From Gemmatimonadaceae bacterium (GTDB lineage: Bacteria > Gemmatimonadota > Gemmatimonadetes > Gemmatimonadales > Gemmatimonadaceae): a DNA stretch of 64,000 nucleotides. Shown piece by piece: positions 28,534-37,524 of this stretch. Below the pieces are notes generated by a model. It was not told the DNA's origin. It worked only from the letters and a program-made list of their open reading frames with translations, and ran no database searches. Both the position numbers and the translations under genes were made by a program. Positions within the stretch are counted from its first letter, which is position 1, and every line of letters starts with the position of its first letter. The stretch spans positions 859,537 through 923,536 of the forward strand of contig JBHYGA010000005.1 of the NCBI GenBank assembly GCA_051859245.1. The letters run 5' to 3'.

Positions 28534-29583
28534 ATGACGGAGCAATCCCCGGTGTCAATCGATGACGTGCGCGCGCTGGTCGCGGAACGTCATCGGTTTG
28601 ACGAATGGCTCAGCGCGCTCGAAGCGCGTCGGGATTCGACGCCGGAGCACGTGTACAGCCGTGTTCACAGCGACTACGAAGCGCGTCGCACGCAGGTTAT
28701 GACGTCGCTGCACGCGCACGTACCAGGTCTGGAGCAGTTGCTCGCCAACCTCGACACGCAGGCGGGTGAGCTCGGTGAGCTCGCGCAGGGCGAAGAAGAC
28801 GAGCGCGCGGAAGCAATGCTGCGACATGCCGTGGGTGAGTACGACGACGGCAAGTGGAATGAAGTGCGGGAGCGAGTTGAAGCATCGCTCGCGTCACTCA
28901 CAACGGAGCGCGGCGCGCTCGACGCGCAGCGTGAAGATGTGCGCATGCTGCTCGATCGGGCGCGACCGGAAGTGGTCGAAACGTTGGTTGAAGCCGAGAT
29001 CGAGCCGGCCGTTCCTGACGTCGTTGAAGCGCCAGCGCCGATTGAGGACACGTCGCGTTCGCTCGATCACATTGACGTCACGCAGGAAATGCCGATCGAG
29101 ACATCGCGCGCCGAGGTGGAAACACCGGATTGGCTCGGCTCGATGACGCCGGTCAGCGTGCCGTCACTTGGTGATCTGAGCGATATCACGAGTGAGCCGA
29201 TCGGAGCTCGCGAGACGGCCGATGAGTTCGAACTCACCGAGAATCATGAACGAAGCCAGCTGTCGAGTGAGTCGGTCGACGTGTTTGGCGATGCCACCAC
29301 AGGGCAGGAGCCCGCGAGTGGCGTGGCGCCTGACGCAGGCACGCCGCAGGCCGGCACGCCGCAGGCCGGTACGCCGCAGGCCGGCACCTCGCAATCTGGC
29401 GCGTTTGATGAACTGGCGTTCTTGCGGTCGGTGATTGATCCGCAGGCGCCGGCGCCGCCCGCACCGCGTGCTCCAGGAACGGGCGACGCGCAGAAGACGC
29501 TGCGTTGCACCGAGTGTGGCACGATGAATCTGCCAACGGAATGGTATTGCGAGCGGTGCGGCGGGGAGCTCGCGGCGTTCTGA
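28534..29583 (+). CDS. Hypothetical protein: coiled coil, acidic linker, C-terminal Zn ribbon
   Basis: Helical N-terminal half; C-terminal CTECG..N.....YCERCG. Start at 28534 (GGAG SD); 28453 is an alternative. Confidence 0.8.
   Translation: MTEQSPVSIDDVRALVAERHRFDEWLSALEARRDSTPEHVYSRVHSDYEARRTQVMTSLHAHVPGLEQLLANLDTQAGELGELAQGEEDERAEAMLRHAVGEYDDGKWNEVRERVEASLASLTTERGALDAQREDVRMLLDRARPEVVETLVEAEIEPAVPDVVEAPAPIEDTSRSLDHIDVTQEMPIETSRAEVETPDWLGSMTPVSVPSLGDLSDITSEPIGARETADEFELTENHERSQLSSESVDVFGDATTGQEPASGVAPDAGTPQAGTPQAGTPQAGTSQSGAFDELAFLRSVIDPQAPAPPAPRAPGTGDAQKTLRCTECGTMNLPTEWYCERCGGELAAF
29335..29394 (+). repeat. Intragenic 15-bp tandem repeat, 4 copies (AGTPQ x3, AGTSQ)
   Basis: GCAGGCACGCCGCAG GCCGGCACGCCGCAG GCCGGTACGCCGCAG GCCGGCACCTCGCAA. 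Confidence 0.9.
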
Positions 29584-29602
29584 CGGATCGCACACACAAC
29601 AC

Positions 29603-29640
29603 AAAGGGGCCGGTGTCCGCGATGGACACCGGCCCCTTTT
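29603..29640. terminator. Bidirectional terminator
   Basis: AAAGGGGCCGGTGTCC / GGACACCGGCCCCTTTT between convergent genes. Confidence 0.9.
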
Positions 29641-29661
29641 CACTACCGGGATCGAACCGCG

Positions 29662-29907
29662 TCAGACTGCGGCTGAAGCGATGCGTGAGATGCTGCTCTT
29701 CTGACGAGCGGCCGCGTTCGCATGGATGAGGCCTTTGCGCGCGGCGCGATCGAGCAGCGACACCGCCTTCGTGCGCTCGTCAGCCGAGGCTTCGGTGGTC
29801 TTGGCCTTCTTCAGCGCGGTGCGGAGAGCGGACCGCTGGGCGCGGTTACGCACCGCGGCGGCGCGCGACTTCCGAAGATCCTTCTTGGACGACTTGATAT
29901 TCGGCAC
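29662..29907 (-). CDS. rpsT: 30S ribosomal protein S20
   Basis: MPNIKSSKK..R.S......NR...S.LRT..K and D.AA.KG.IH.N.AAR.KS motifs. Confidence 0.96.
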   Translation of the reverse strand: MPNIKSSKKDLRKSRAAAVRNRAQRSALRTALKKAKTTEASADERTKAVSLLDRAARKGLIHANAAARQKSSISRIASAAV

Positions 29908-29993
29908 GGAACGGTCTTTGCTCGAGAATTACGATTGGGACGCGGCAACACGCACTCGCTGCGCAGAGCTACGCCACTCAGGGTAGACCGACA

Positions 29994-30022
29994 AACGTAG
30001 CTCGACAATCGTGGTGTGTCAA
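29994..30022 (-). promoter_or_regulatory. Putative sigma70 promoter of rpsT
   Basis: Minus strand reads TTGACA, 17-nt spacer, TACGTT. Confidence 0.65.
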
Positions 30023-30160
30023 CTCATCTCCGGCGGCGAAGTGGCCACGCCGGCACTTCCCGCTGCCATTGGACGGCGAGAGTGGTGGACACGTTCCGCT
30101 GTGTGCAGTAGGTTATCCACAGTTGCTTGCTCGCACGTATTCGTTACGTTCGACCTCCGA

Positions 30161-30886
30161 ATGTTCGACGTCGTGTCGCGGGCGCAGGTTCCCTCCACTC
30201 TCCCCGCGTTGATCTGGCAGCAGCTCCTCCTCATTGGCCCCGTCCTGCTCTATTCGATGGTGGCCCACGAGTACGCACACGGGTGGGCGGCTCTCAAACA
30301 GGGAGACGCGACCGCGTATTCGCTCGGGCGTCTCACGTGGAATCCGATCTCCCACATCGATCCGTTCATGACGTTGTTGTTGCCGATCATGCTCGCGGTG
30401 GCGGGAGCGCCGATTCTGGGCGGGGCGAAACCCATCCCGGTCAACCCGGGTAACTTCCGGAATCTGCGTCGAGGCGACATCATCGTATCGTTGGCCGGGG
30501 TCACGGCCAACTTTCTGATTGCGTTGGCCTGTATTCCGCTTGCCGTGCTCTTCGGATGGCTGGGCAGCGCGTTTCCCGCGGCCGTGGTGCCGCTGGCGAT
30601 TCTGCAGCGCATGGCCATCACGGGGATCTTCCTGAACATGGTGCTGGTGGTGTTCAACCTGCTCCCGATCCCGCCGCTCGACGGCTCGCACGTGTTCAAA
30701 TATCTGTTGCCGCCCAGCCTGGCGCGGCAGTACACGCGGCTGGCTGGTGCCGGCGTTCTGGTACTGCTGGCGTGCATGTACTTCGTGCCCGGATTTGGCA
30801 ACGTGATTATTGGCCCCGCCCGTTTCGTGCAGTCGTTCGCTGAACGGCTGTATCTTCCTTTCATGCTCCCGAACCCGCTCACGTGA
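30161..30886 (+). CDS. Site-2 protease (peptidase M50) family
   Basis: HEYAH, GD.TA...GRLT.NP and FNLLPIPPLDG motifs; start uncertain. Confidence 0.92.
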   Translation: MFDVVSRAQVPSTLPALIWQQLLLIGPVLLYSMVAHEYAHGWAALKQGDATAYSLGRLTWNPISHIDPFMTLLLPIMLAVAGAPILGGAKPIPVNPGNFRNLRRGDIIVSLAGVTANFLIALACIPLAVLFGWLGSAFPAAVVPLAILQRMAITGIFLNMVLVVFNLLPIPPLDGSHVFKYLLPPSLARQYTRLAGAGVLVLLACMYFVPGFGNVIIGPARFVQSFAERLYLPFMLPNPLT

Positions 30887-31632
30887 TCGCGCCCTCGTTC
30901 CGCCCCACGGACTCGGCTCATCCGCCATTCCTCGTCGAGCTCGATCAGTTCTCGGGCCCGCTCGACTTGTTGCTGTCGCTGATTCGCGATGAGCAGGTCG
31001 ACATTTACGACATTCCGATTGCCCGTATCGCGGAGCAGTTCCTCGCGCGCATCAGCACGCTCGGACTGGATGAAGCGGCGGACTATCTCGAAATGGCGGC
31101 GCGTCTGCTGCGCATCAAGGCACAGATGTTGTTGCCGCGCGCGGAAGGTGAAGAGACGTGGGAAGATCCGCGCGCCGAACTGGTGCGTCGACTGCTCGAG
31201 TACCAGCAGATGCGTGAAGTGGTCGATCTGCTGGAGCGTCGCGGCGAGGAGCGTCGCAACCGATTTGCGCGCTCGTGGGTGCCACAGGCCGATGTGCAAA
31301 TGCAGGTGGCGCCGCTCGTGCTGTCACTGGCCGATTTGCTGGCGGCCGTGGATCGCGTGATGCGTGTGACGAAGGAGCCCACGATGCACGAAGTGGTGGC
31401 GCGTGCGCTGGATATGCACGGCGCAATGGCCACCGTACGCAGATTGCTCACGCTGCGTCGCCACTTTTTGTGGCGTGATGTGATTGGAAATGATGCGGAG
31501 CCGTGGCAGGTGTTGTCCTTGCTGCACGCGCTACTTGAAATGGCCAAGCTCGGAGAAGTGCGCGTGGCCCAGCCAACCCCGTTTGCCATGGTGGAGATCG
31601 AACGTCGTGACGCCGTTAGCGAAGCTGCTTGA
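30883..31632 (+). CDS. scpA: Segregation and condensation protein A
   Basis: F.GPLDLLL.LI, YL.MAA.LL.IK..LLP and DPR.ELV.RLLEY motifs. Confidence 0.95.
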   Translation: MIAPSFRPTDSAHPPFLVELDQFSGPLDLLLSLIRDEQVDIYDIPIARIAEQFLARISTLGLDEAADYLEMAARLLRIKAQMLLPRAEGEETWEDPRAELVRRLLEYQQMREVVDLLERRGEERRNRFARSWVPQADVQMQVAPLVLSLADLLAAVDRVMRVTKEPTMHEVVARALDMHGAMATVRRLLTLRRHFLWRDVIGNDAEPWQVLSLLHALLEMAKLGEVRVAQPTPFAMVEIERRDAVSEAA

Positions 31633-32434
31633 AGCGGCGCTCTTTGCGAGCCCGCGCCCGATTGCTGTTGAAGCCCTCGCCACGCTCGATCCCGAGGCAA
31701 CGCCGGCGGCACTGTCGGCGGCGCTCGACGAGTTGCGCGAACACTATGACGTGGATGGGCACGGCGTCGAGCTGATCGAACAGGGCGGTGGCTGGCAGAT
31801 TCTCACGCGCCCGGAGTACACCGAAGCGATCGAACGCGCGCATGTGTCGGTGCGTCCGCAGCGGTTGTCGTCTCCGTCGCTGGAAACGCTCGCCATCATT
31901 GCGTATCGCCAGCCGATCGGTCGCGCGGAAATCGAGGAGATTCGCGGTGTCGCGGTTGGCAGTGTGCTCAAGTCGCTGCACGAACGCAATCTCATCGATG
32001 TGGTCGGTCGCAGCGAAGGCATTGGTCGCCCGTTGTTGTACGGCACCACGCCGCTGTTCCTCGAACAGTTCGGTTTGCGTCATCTCGAAGAGTTGCCGCG
32101 CGCGGATGAACTGGCGATTGCCTTGCGTGGCGCGGGTGGTCTGGTGGGTACCCCCGTCGAGCCAGCGCCGCCGCTGTTGCCGTTGGGTGCGCATGAAGTG
32201 GCCGTGTCGGAGAACGCGGAGGTCGCGGAGGCGGTTGGCGACGGTATGGCTGCTGACGTTGTCGCGGACGAGGCCGTCGATGACGCCGTCGATGACACCG
32301 TGGATGAGTCCGTGGCCGTCGATCTCGCGACGGACATTGATGACACCGGTCATGTTGACGACGCTGTGGACGCCGATGAGGCGGACGACGCCGATCCGTA
32401 TCGCGCAGAGTCTCTCGGCGTGAACGCAGAATGA
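31607..32434 (+). CDS. scpB: Segregation and condensation protein B, with acidic C-terminal tail
   Basis: LEAALFAS, LETLAIIAYRQP...EIEEIRGV and GRPLLYGTT..FL..FGL motifs; GTG start at 31607. Confidence 0.95.
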   Translation: MTPLAKLLEAALFASPRPIAVEALATLDPEATPAALSAALDELREHYDVDGHGVELIEQGGGWQILTRPEYTEAIERAHVSVRPQRLSSPSLETLAIIAYRQPIGRAEIEEIRGVAVGSVLKSLHERNLIDVVGRSEGIGRPLLYGTTPLFLEQFGLRHLEELPRADELAIALRGAGGLVGTPVEPAPPLLPLGAHEVAVSENAEVAEAVGDGMAADVVADEAVDDAVDDTVDESVAVDLATDIDDTGHVDDAVDADEADDADPYRAESLGVNAE

Positions 32435-33324
32435 CCGGTCGCGATCGGCCCAAGGGTCCTCCCAAGCGTCCAACGAAGGGTCCGCCCTCTGGTGCCAAGC
32501 GTAGAGATGGTGCGAAGCCTGCGGACGGACCCAAGCGCTCGGTTGGTCCGCGCAAGTCGGCACCCAAACGCGATCCGTACACTACGCCAGTGGATCCGAC
32601 TGCTGAAGGTCCGATGCGCATCCAACGTGCGCTGGCACGCGCCGGCATCGCGTCGCGTCGCGAAGCGGAGAAGCTCGTGTTGGCTGGCCGTGTGCAGGTG
32701 AACGGTATTCCGGCACTCACGGGACAGGTCGTGGATTCCGTCAAGGATGTCATCTCCGTCGACGGGCGCGCGGTCAAAGTGGCCGTGACGAGCAGCACAT
32801 GGATCGTGTTGCACAAGCCGTCTGGTGTCATGACAACCAAGTCGGATCCAGAGGGCCGCCCCACCGTGTTTGAGTTGGTGGCGCCGGTACCTGGGCTGGT
32901 GTACGTGGGTCGACTCGACTTTCTCACCGAAGGGTTGTTGTTGCTCACCACCGATGGACAGGCGGCGCATCGTCTCACGCATCCGAGTCGTGAGGTGGAG
33001 CGTACGTACGTGGCCATTGTGCGTGGTGATGCACCGGGTGCTGTGCGTCAGGCGCGTCGCGGAATTCAGCTTGATGATGGCCCGGTTCATCCCGTTGAAG
33101 TACGGGCCGAGGCGTTGGGAGAGCGTCGGTGGTCGTTCGAGATCACATTGATTGATGGGCGTACGCGCGAAGTGCGACGGTTGTGTGAAGCACTTGGACT
33201 CTCGGTGGAACGTCTGATTCGCACGCGATACGGCCCGGTGGAACTCGGCGAGCTGGGCGTGGGCGAGAGCCGTCCGCTCTCGGCGCGTGAGCGATCGGTG
33301 ATCGAAGCGCTCAGCGGCGGGTAA
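32431..33324 (+). CDS. rluB: rRNA pseudouridine synthase (RsuA/RluB family)
   Basis: S4 domain (R.Q..LA.AG.ASRR), HKP.G and VGRLD..TEGLLLLT motifs; follows scpAB. Confidence 0.85.
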   Translation: MTGRDRPKGPPKRPTKGPPSGAKRRDGAKPADGPKRSVGPRKSAPKRDPYTTPVDPTAEGPMRIQRALARAGIASRREAEKLVLAGRVQVNGIPALTGQVVDSVKDVISVDGRAVKVAVTSSTWIVLHKPSGVMTTKSDPEGRPTVFELVAPVPGLVYVGRLDFLTEGLLLLTTDGQAAHRLTHPSREVERTYVAIVRGDAPGAVRQARRGIQLDDGPVHPVEVRAEALGERRWSFEITLIDGRTREVRRLCEALGLSVERLIRTRYGPVELGELGVGESRPLSARERSVIEALSGG

Positions 33325-33403
33325 CAGCGTTGAGTGCTGGGTTGTGACTACCGTCCCGCGTCCAGGCGCGGGTCTTTCTGTCTCTTGAGTGGAGTAGATC
33401 GCG

Positions 33404-34441
33404 TTGACAGTTCCTCCTGTTCCGGTTTCGTCGCCATCCGCGGTTCGACGTGAGACGGATGCGAGCGCCGGCGTGAGCGGCAGTGCCAACGCCGATGTGC
33501 AGCTGGTGCAGGCGGTGCTGCACGAAGTGGCGCGGCGAATCGTGGGGCAGGACTATCTGGTCGAGCGACTGATGATCAGTCTGCTCACCGGCGGTCACGT
33601 GCTGCTTGAAGGTGTGCCTGGTCTCGCAAAAACGCTCACCGTTCGCACGCTGGCCGAAACGGTGCACACCACGTTTCAGCGCATTCAGTTTACGCCCGAC
33701 TTGCTGCCGGCCGACGTAATCGGCACGCAGATCTTTGATCAGGGAACGGGTGAGTTCCGCGTCAAGCACGGTCCGATTTTCGCGAACATCATTCTCGCAG
33801 ACGAAATCAATCGTGCGCCGGCCAAGGTGCAGGCGGCGCTGCTCGAAGCGATGCAGGAGAAGCAGGTCACCATCGGCGGCACCACGTATCCGCTGGCCGA
33901 GCCCTTTCTGGTGCTCGCCACGCAGAATCCGATTGAACAGGAAGGCACCTATCCGCTGCCCGAAGCGCAGGTCGATCGCTTCATGTTCAAGCTGCGTGTC
34001 GGTTATCCCACGCGGGCCGAAGAAAAAGAAATCCTGCGTCGCATGGCGGGCGGCGAGAAGATTCCGGTGAACGCGGTCGCATCTCCGGTGCAGTTGCTCG
34101 ACGCACGCAAGCGTATTGCGGAGATGTACATGGACGATCGCCTCGTCGACTACATCGTGGAGCTGGTGCACGCCACGCGATATCCCAAAGATGTTGGTCT
34201 CGCGGATCTCGTGCCGCTGGTGGAGTTTGGGGCATCGCCGCGCGCCACCATCGCGCTTGGTCAGGCGGCGCGTGCGCACGCGTTTTTGCGCGGTCGCAGT
34301 TTTGTCACACCTGATGACGTGAAGGCCATCGCACCCGACGTGCTTCGTCACCGTGTGCTCACCACGTTTGAAGCGGACGCGGAAGGTGTGACGACGGATG
34401 CGATTGTAAGTCGCATTCTGGGGCGCGTCGAAGCGCCGTGA
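33404..34441 (+). CDS. MoxR-family AAA+ ATPase
   Basis: GHVLLEGVPGLAKT, RIQFTPDLLP, DEINRA and QNPIEQEGTYPLPEAQ.DRF motifs. Confidence 0.96.
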   Translation: MTVPPVPVSSPSAVRRETDASAGVSGSANADVQLVQAVLHEVARRIVGQDYLVERLMISLLTGGHVLLEGVPGLAKTLTVRTLAETVHTTFQRIQFTPDLLPADVIGTQIFDQGTGEFRVKHGPIFANIILADEINRAPAKVQAALLEAMQEKQVTIGGTTYPLAEPFLVLATQNPIEQEGTYPLPEAQVDRFMFKLRVGYPTRAEEKEILRRMAGGEKIPVNAVASPVQLLDARKRIAEMYMDDRLVDYIVELVHATRYPKDVGLADLVPLVEFGASPRATIALGQAARAHAFLRGRSFVTPDDVKAIAPDVLRHRVLTTFEADAEGVTTDAIVSRILGRVEAP

Positions 34442-34451
34442 GTGAAACGTC

Positions 34452-35393
34452 GTGAGCGAACCGCTGGTCGTCCCGTCCGACGTGCTGCGTCAGGTGCGGC
34501 GTCTCGAGTTACGGACGCGGCGCCTGGTCGATTCGCAGTTCTCGGGTGACTATCGCTCGCTCTTCAAAGGGCAGGGCATGGAGTTCGCAGAAGTGCGCGA
34601 ATACCAGCCGGGCGACGAAGTGCGCACGATCGACTGGAATGTGTCGGCGCGCATGGGGCGCCCGTTCGTCAAACGCTACGTGGAAGAGCGTGAACTGACG
34701 GTCATGCTGGCGCTCGACGTTTCCGGATCCTCGCAGTTCGGCACGGGCGCGCGGTTCAAGTCGGAAGTCGCAGCCGAGCTCGTGGCCGTGCTGGCGCTCG
34801 CAGCCGTGCGCAACAACGATCGTGTGGGACTGCTGTGTTTTTCTGATCGCGTCGAGCACGCGGTGCCACCGCGCAAAGGTCGGCGCCACGCGTTGCGTGT
34901 GCTTCGTGATCTGCTCGCGATTCAACCGGTCGGGCGCCGCACGGATTACGCGATTGCTCTCGAGCGGCTTGGACGATTGCTGCCGCACCGTTCGGTCGTG
35001 TTTGTGTGTTCCGACTTTGTGGGCGATACGCTCGAAGGTCCGCTCACACGGCTCGCGCAGCGCCACGATGTCATCGCGCTCACGATCGAAGATCCGGCCG
35101 AGCTGACGCTCCCCGATATCGGTGCCGCGCGCCTGATTGATCCGGAGTCGGGCGACGTCGTTGATGTCGACACGAGCGATCCGGCCGTGCGTGCATGGTT
35201 TGCAGAACAGATTGCGCGTGAACAGCAGGTTCGTCAGAAGTTGTTTGGCCGTCTCGGAATTGATGAAGTGCTGGTGCGAACGGACACGGGCTACGTGGAG
35301 CCGTTGCTGGAGTTCTTCCGCGCACGCGCGCGTCGTGCGCACGGTGCGGTGCGCACTGCTGTGCGGCCAAATGCTAAACCGTCGGCGGCGTGA
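34452..35393 (+). CDS. DUF58 domain protein
   Basis: G.EF.EVREY.PGD.VR.IDW..SAR motif; follows MoxR. Confidence 0.93.
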   Translation: MSEPLVVPSDVLRQVRRLELRTRRLVDSQFSGDYRSLFKGQGMEFAEVREYQPGDEVRTIDWNVSARMGRPFVKRYVEERELTVMLALDVSGSSQFGTGARFKSEVAAELVAVLALAAVRNNDRVGLLCFSDRVEHAVPPRKGRRHALRVLRDLLAIQPVGRRTDYAIALERLGRLLPHRSVVFVCSDFVGDTLEGPLTRLAQRHDVIALTIEDPAELTLPDIGAARLIDPESGDVVDVDTSDPAVRAWFAEQIAREQQVRQKLFGRLGIDEVLVRTDTGYVEPLLEFFRARARRAHGAVRTAVRPNAKPSAA

Positions 35394-36499
35394 TGAAGGC
35401 GCTCCGGAGGTTTGTTTCGAGTGCATCTCTGCTGTTAGCCGCGGCACCGTTGTCCCTGCTCGCCGCGCAAGCAACCGACACTAGTTGGGCCGGGATGCGC
35501 GGTGCGCGATACGCATCCACTGCGTCGGTGCAGGGCACGCAAGCGCCGCGCGATCGCGTGCAGGCGGGCGTTGTCATGAGCCCCGATACAGTCACGGTTG
35601 GTGATCCATTCACGATGACGGTTCGGTTGCGCGTGCCAACCAACGCCACCGTGATCTGGCCGGTGCTGTCCGATTCGTCCGCGAAAATTGCGCCGCGCGC
35701 TCCAATGTCTCGTCGCGACGGACCGTCCGACGTGGCCACGCGCGAAGAACTTGCCGAGTTCGTGGTGTCCGCCTGGGACACCGGGCGTGTGAACACGGGT
35801 TGGGATCCGGTGCTGGTCGTCATCGGTAACGACACCGTGACGGTGGCCCTCGCGAACCATGGTGTGTACGTCCGTAGCGTGCTGAGCGCCGATACCACGG
35901 AACATGTTCCGCGTCCGGCCAAGCCGGTGTTCGAGCAGGAACTACCGTGGTGGCAGCGCTGGTGGATTGCGGCGCTTGTGCTGGTCGCGCTGGCGGCGCT
36001 TGCCTACGTGCTCTGGCGACGCCGTCGCAAGCCGGCCGTGTCGATGTCTACGGGGCCTCGCCTTGGCGCGTACGAACACGCGCTGCACGCGTTTGATCGA
36101 CTCGATCGTTTGGCGCTCACTGATGCCGGTGAACACGGACGCGCTGCTGTACTCGCGCTCGACATTCTGCGCGGCTATTTGTCGGCGCGCATTCCGGCGA
36201 CTTCGCGTGCGCAAACGAGCGCCGAGTTGCTGTCGGTGGTCGGCGACGACACGCGTGTACCGCTCGCTCGTCTGATCCAACTGCTCGTTGCGGTTGATGC
36301 GGTCAAGTTTGCGCGTCGCTCGCTCACCGCAACCGACGCGCGACACCTGACCGCGGAAGCGCGCGCGGTGGTGGAGTCGGTGGAAGAAGTGGAGCGCGTA
36401 CGCAGAGCACACGCCGAAGCCGTGGCGCGCGCGCAGGCAGAAAAGGACGCGCGAAGCAAGAAGGACGCGGAGCCGCGTGAGCCGGCGGGGGTCGCGTGA
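35390..36499 (+). CDS. Bat-cluster membrane protein (BatD-like Ig domain plus TM)
   Basis: Signal peptide, DTVTVGDPF, single TM followed by a basic stretch; lies between DUF58 and BatA. Confidence 0.75.
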   Translation: MMKALRRFVSSASLLLAAAPLSLLAAQATDTSWAGMRGARYASTASVQGTQAPRDRVQAGVVMSPDTVTVGDPFTMTVRLRVPTNATVIWPVLSDSSAKIAPRAPMSRRDGPSDVATREELAEFVVSAWDTGRVNTGWDPVLVVIGNDTVTVALANHGVYVRSVLSADTTEHVPRPAKPVFEQELPWWQRWWIAALVLVALAALAYVLWRRRRKPAVSMSTGPRLGAYEHALHAFDRLDRLALTDAGEHGRAAVLALDILRGYLSARIPATSRAQTSAELLSVVGDDTRVPLARLIQLLVAVDAVKFARRSLTATDARHLTAEARAVVESVEEVERVRRAHAEAVARAQAEKDARSKKDAEPREPAGVA

Positions 36500-37524
36500 T
36501 CGAGTGGCTGAAGGAATGGTGGGCGACACCCATGCCCACGTTCGCGAGCATCGAGTTCGCTCGGCCGTGGGTGCTGTTGCTGCTGCTCGTGATACCGGTG
36601 TTCATCTGGTGGCGCCGACGCACGCGCCCCCCCGCGCTGATTTTTTCGCGCGCGGGTTTGGTCGCGAGCGGCCCGCATCGCGCCTCGCGACTCGCCCGCG
36701 TTGCACCGTGGTTTCGGTGGCTGGCCATTGCCGGGCTGATTGTGGCGCTGGCGCAACCGCGCAGTGGTGCCCGCACGCAGAACGTCACGCGTGATGGTAT
36801 TGATATCGCGCTGGTCGTTGACATTTCGAGTTCCATGCTGGCGGAAGATTTTCAGCCGCAGAATCGCATGGAAGTCGCGAAGGACAAGGCCAAAGCTTTT
36901 GTGTCCGGTCGCACGACCGACCGCATTGGTGTGATTGCGTTTTCTGGTGAAGCACTCACGCAGGTGCCGCTCACGGCCGACTATCCCGTGGTGTTGGCGG
37001 CCATCGACAACTTGCAGCCCGGGCAGCTGCAGGATGGCACAGCCATTGGTACGGCCATCGCAACATCCGCCAATCGGCTTCGCAGCGCGGGCGGTCGATC
37101 GCGTGTGATGTTGCTGCTGACCGACGGCGAAAACAATCGTGGCGATATTGATCCGCGCACCGCGGCCCAGGCGTCGGCGCAGTTTGGAATTCGCATTTAC
37201 GCGATCGGCATTGGCAGTGAGGGCATGGCGCCCATTCCGGTGGGTCGTGGCTTGTTCGGTCTGCGGTACGAGAACCGTCCGGTGCGAATCGACGAAGCCT
37301 TGCTCACGGAAATCGCCGAGTCATCGGGCGGCCGATATTTCCGTGCGCGCGATGCGGAGGCGCTGGAAGCCATCTTTGGGCAGATCGATCAGCTGGAGCG
37401 TTCGCCGGTGGACGCACGAAGTTTTGTACGGTTTACCGAACGTTTTCACTGGCCGCTTGCGGTGGCGATTTTCGCGTTGCTGGGTGAGGTGTGGGTGCTG
37501 GCGTGGCGAGGAACTGTGCCATGA
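36496..37524 (+). CDS. batA: VWA domain protein BatA
   Basis: F..PW.L N-terminal motif, LA.P, MIDAS DISSSM, GTAIG and LLTDGENN. Confidence 0.88.
   Translation: MIEWLKEWWATPMPTFASIEFARPWVLLLLLVIPVFIWWRRRTRPPALIFSRAGLVASGPHRASRLARVAPWFRWLAIAGLIVALAQPRSGARTQNVTRDGIDIALVVDISSSMLAEDFQPQNRMEVAKDKAKAFVSGRTTDRIGVIAFSGEALTQVPLTADYPVVLAAIDNLQPGQLQDGTAIGTAIATSANRLRSAGGRSRVMLLLTDGENNRGDIDPRTAAQASAQFGIRIYAIGIGSEGMAPIPVGRGLFGLRYENRPVRIDEALLTEIAESSGGRYFRARDAEALEAIFGQIDQLERSPVDARSFVRFTERFHWPLAVAIFALLGEVWVLAWRGTVP

Noticed and set aside
29335..29394. CRISPR-like repeat
   Set aside because: It is an in-frame 15-bp tandem repeat with no spacers, and no cas genes are in the window.
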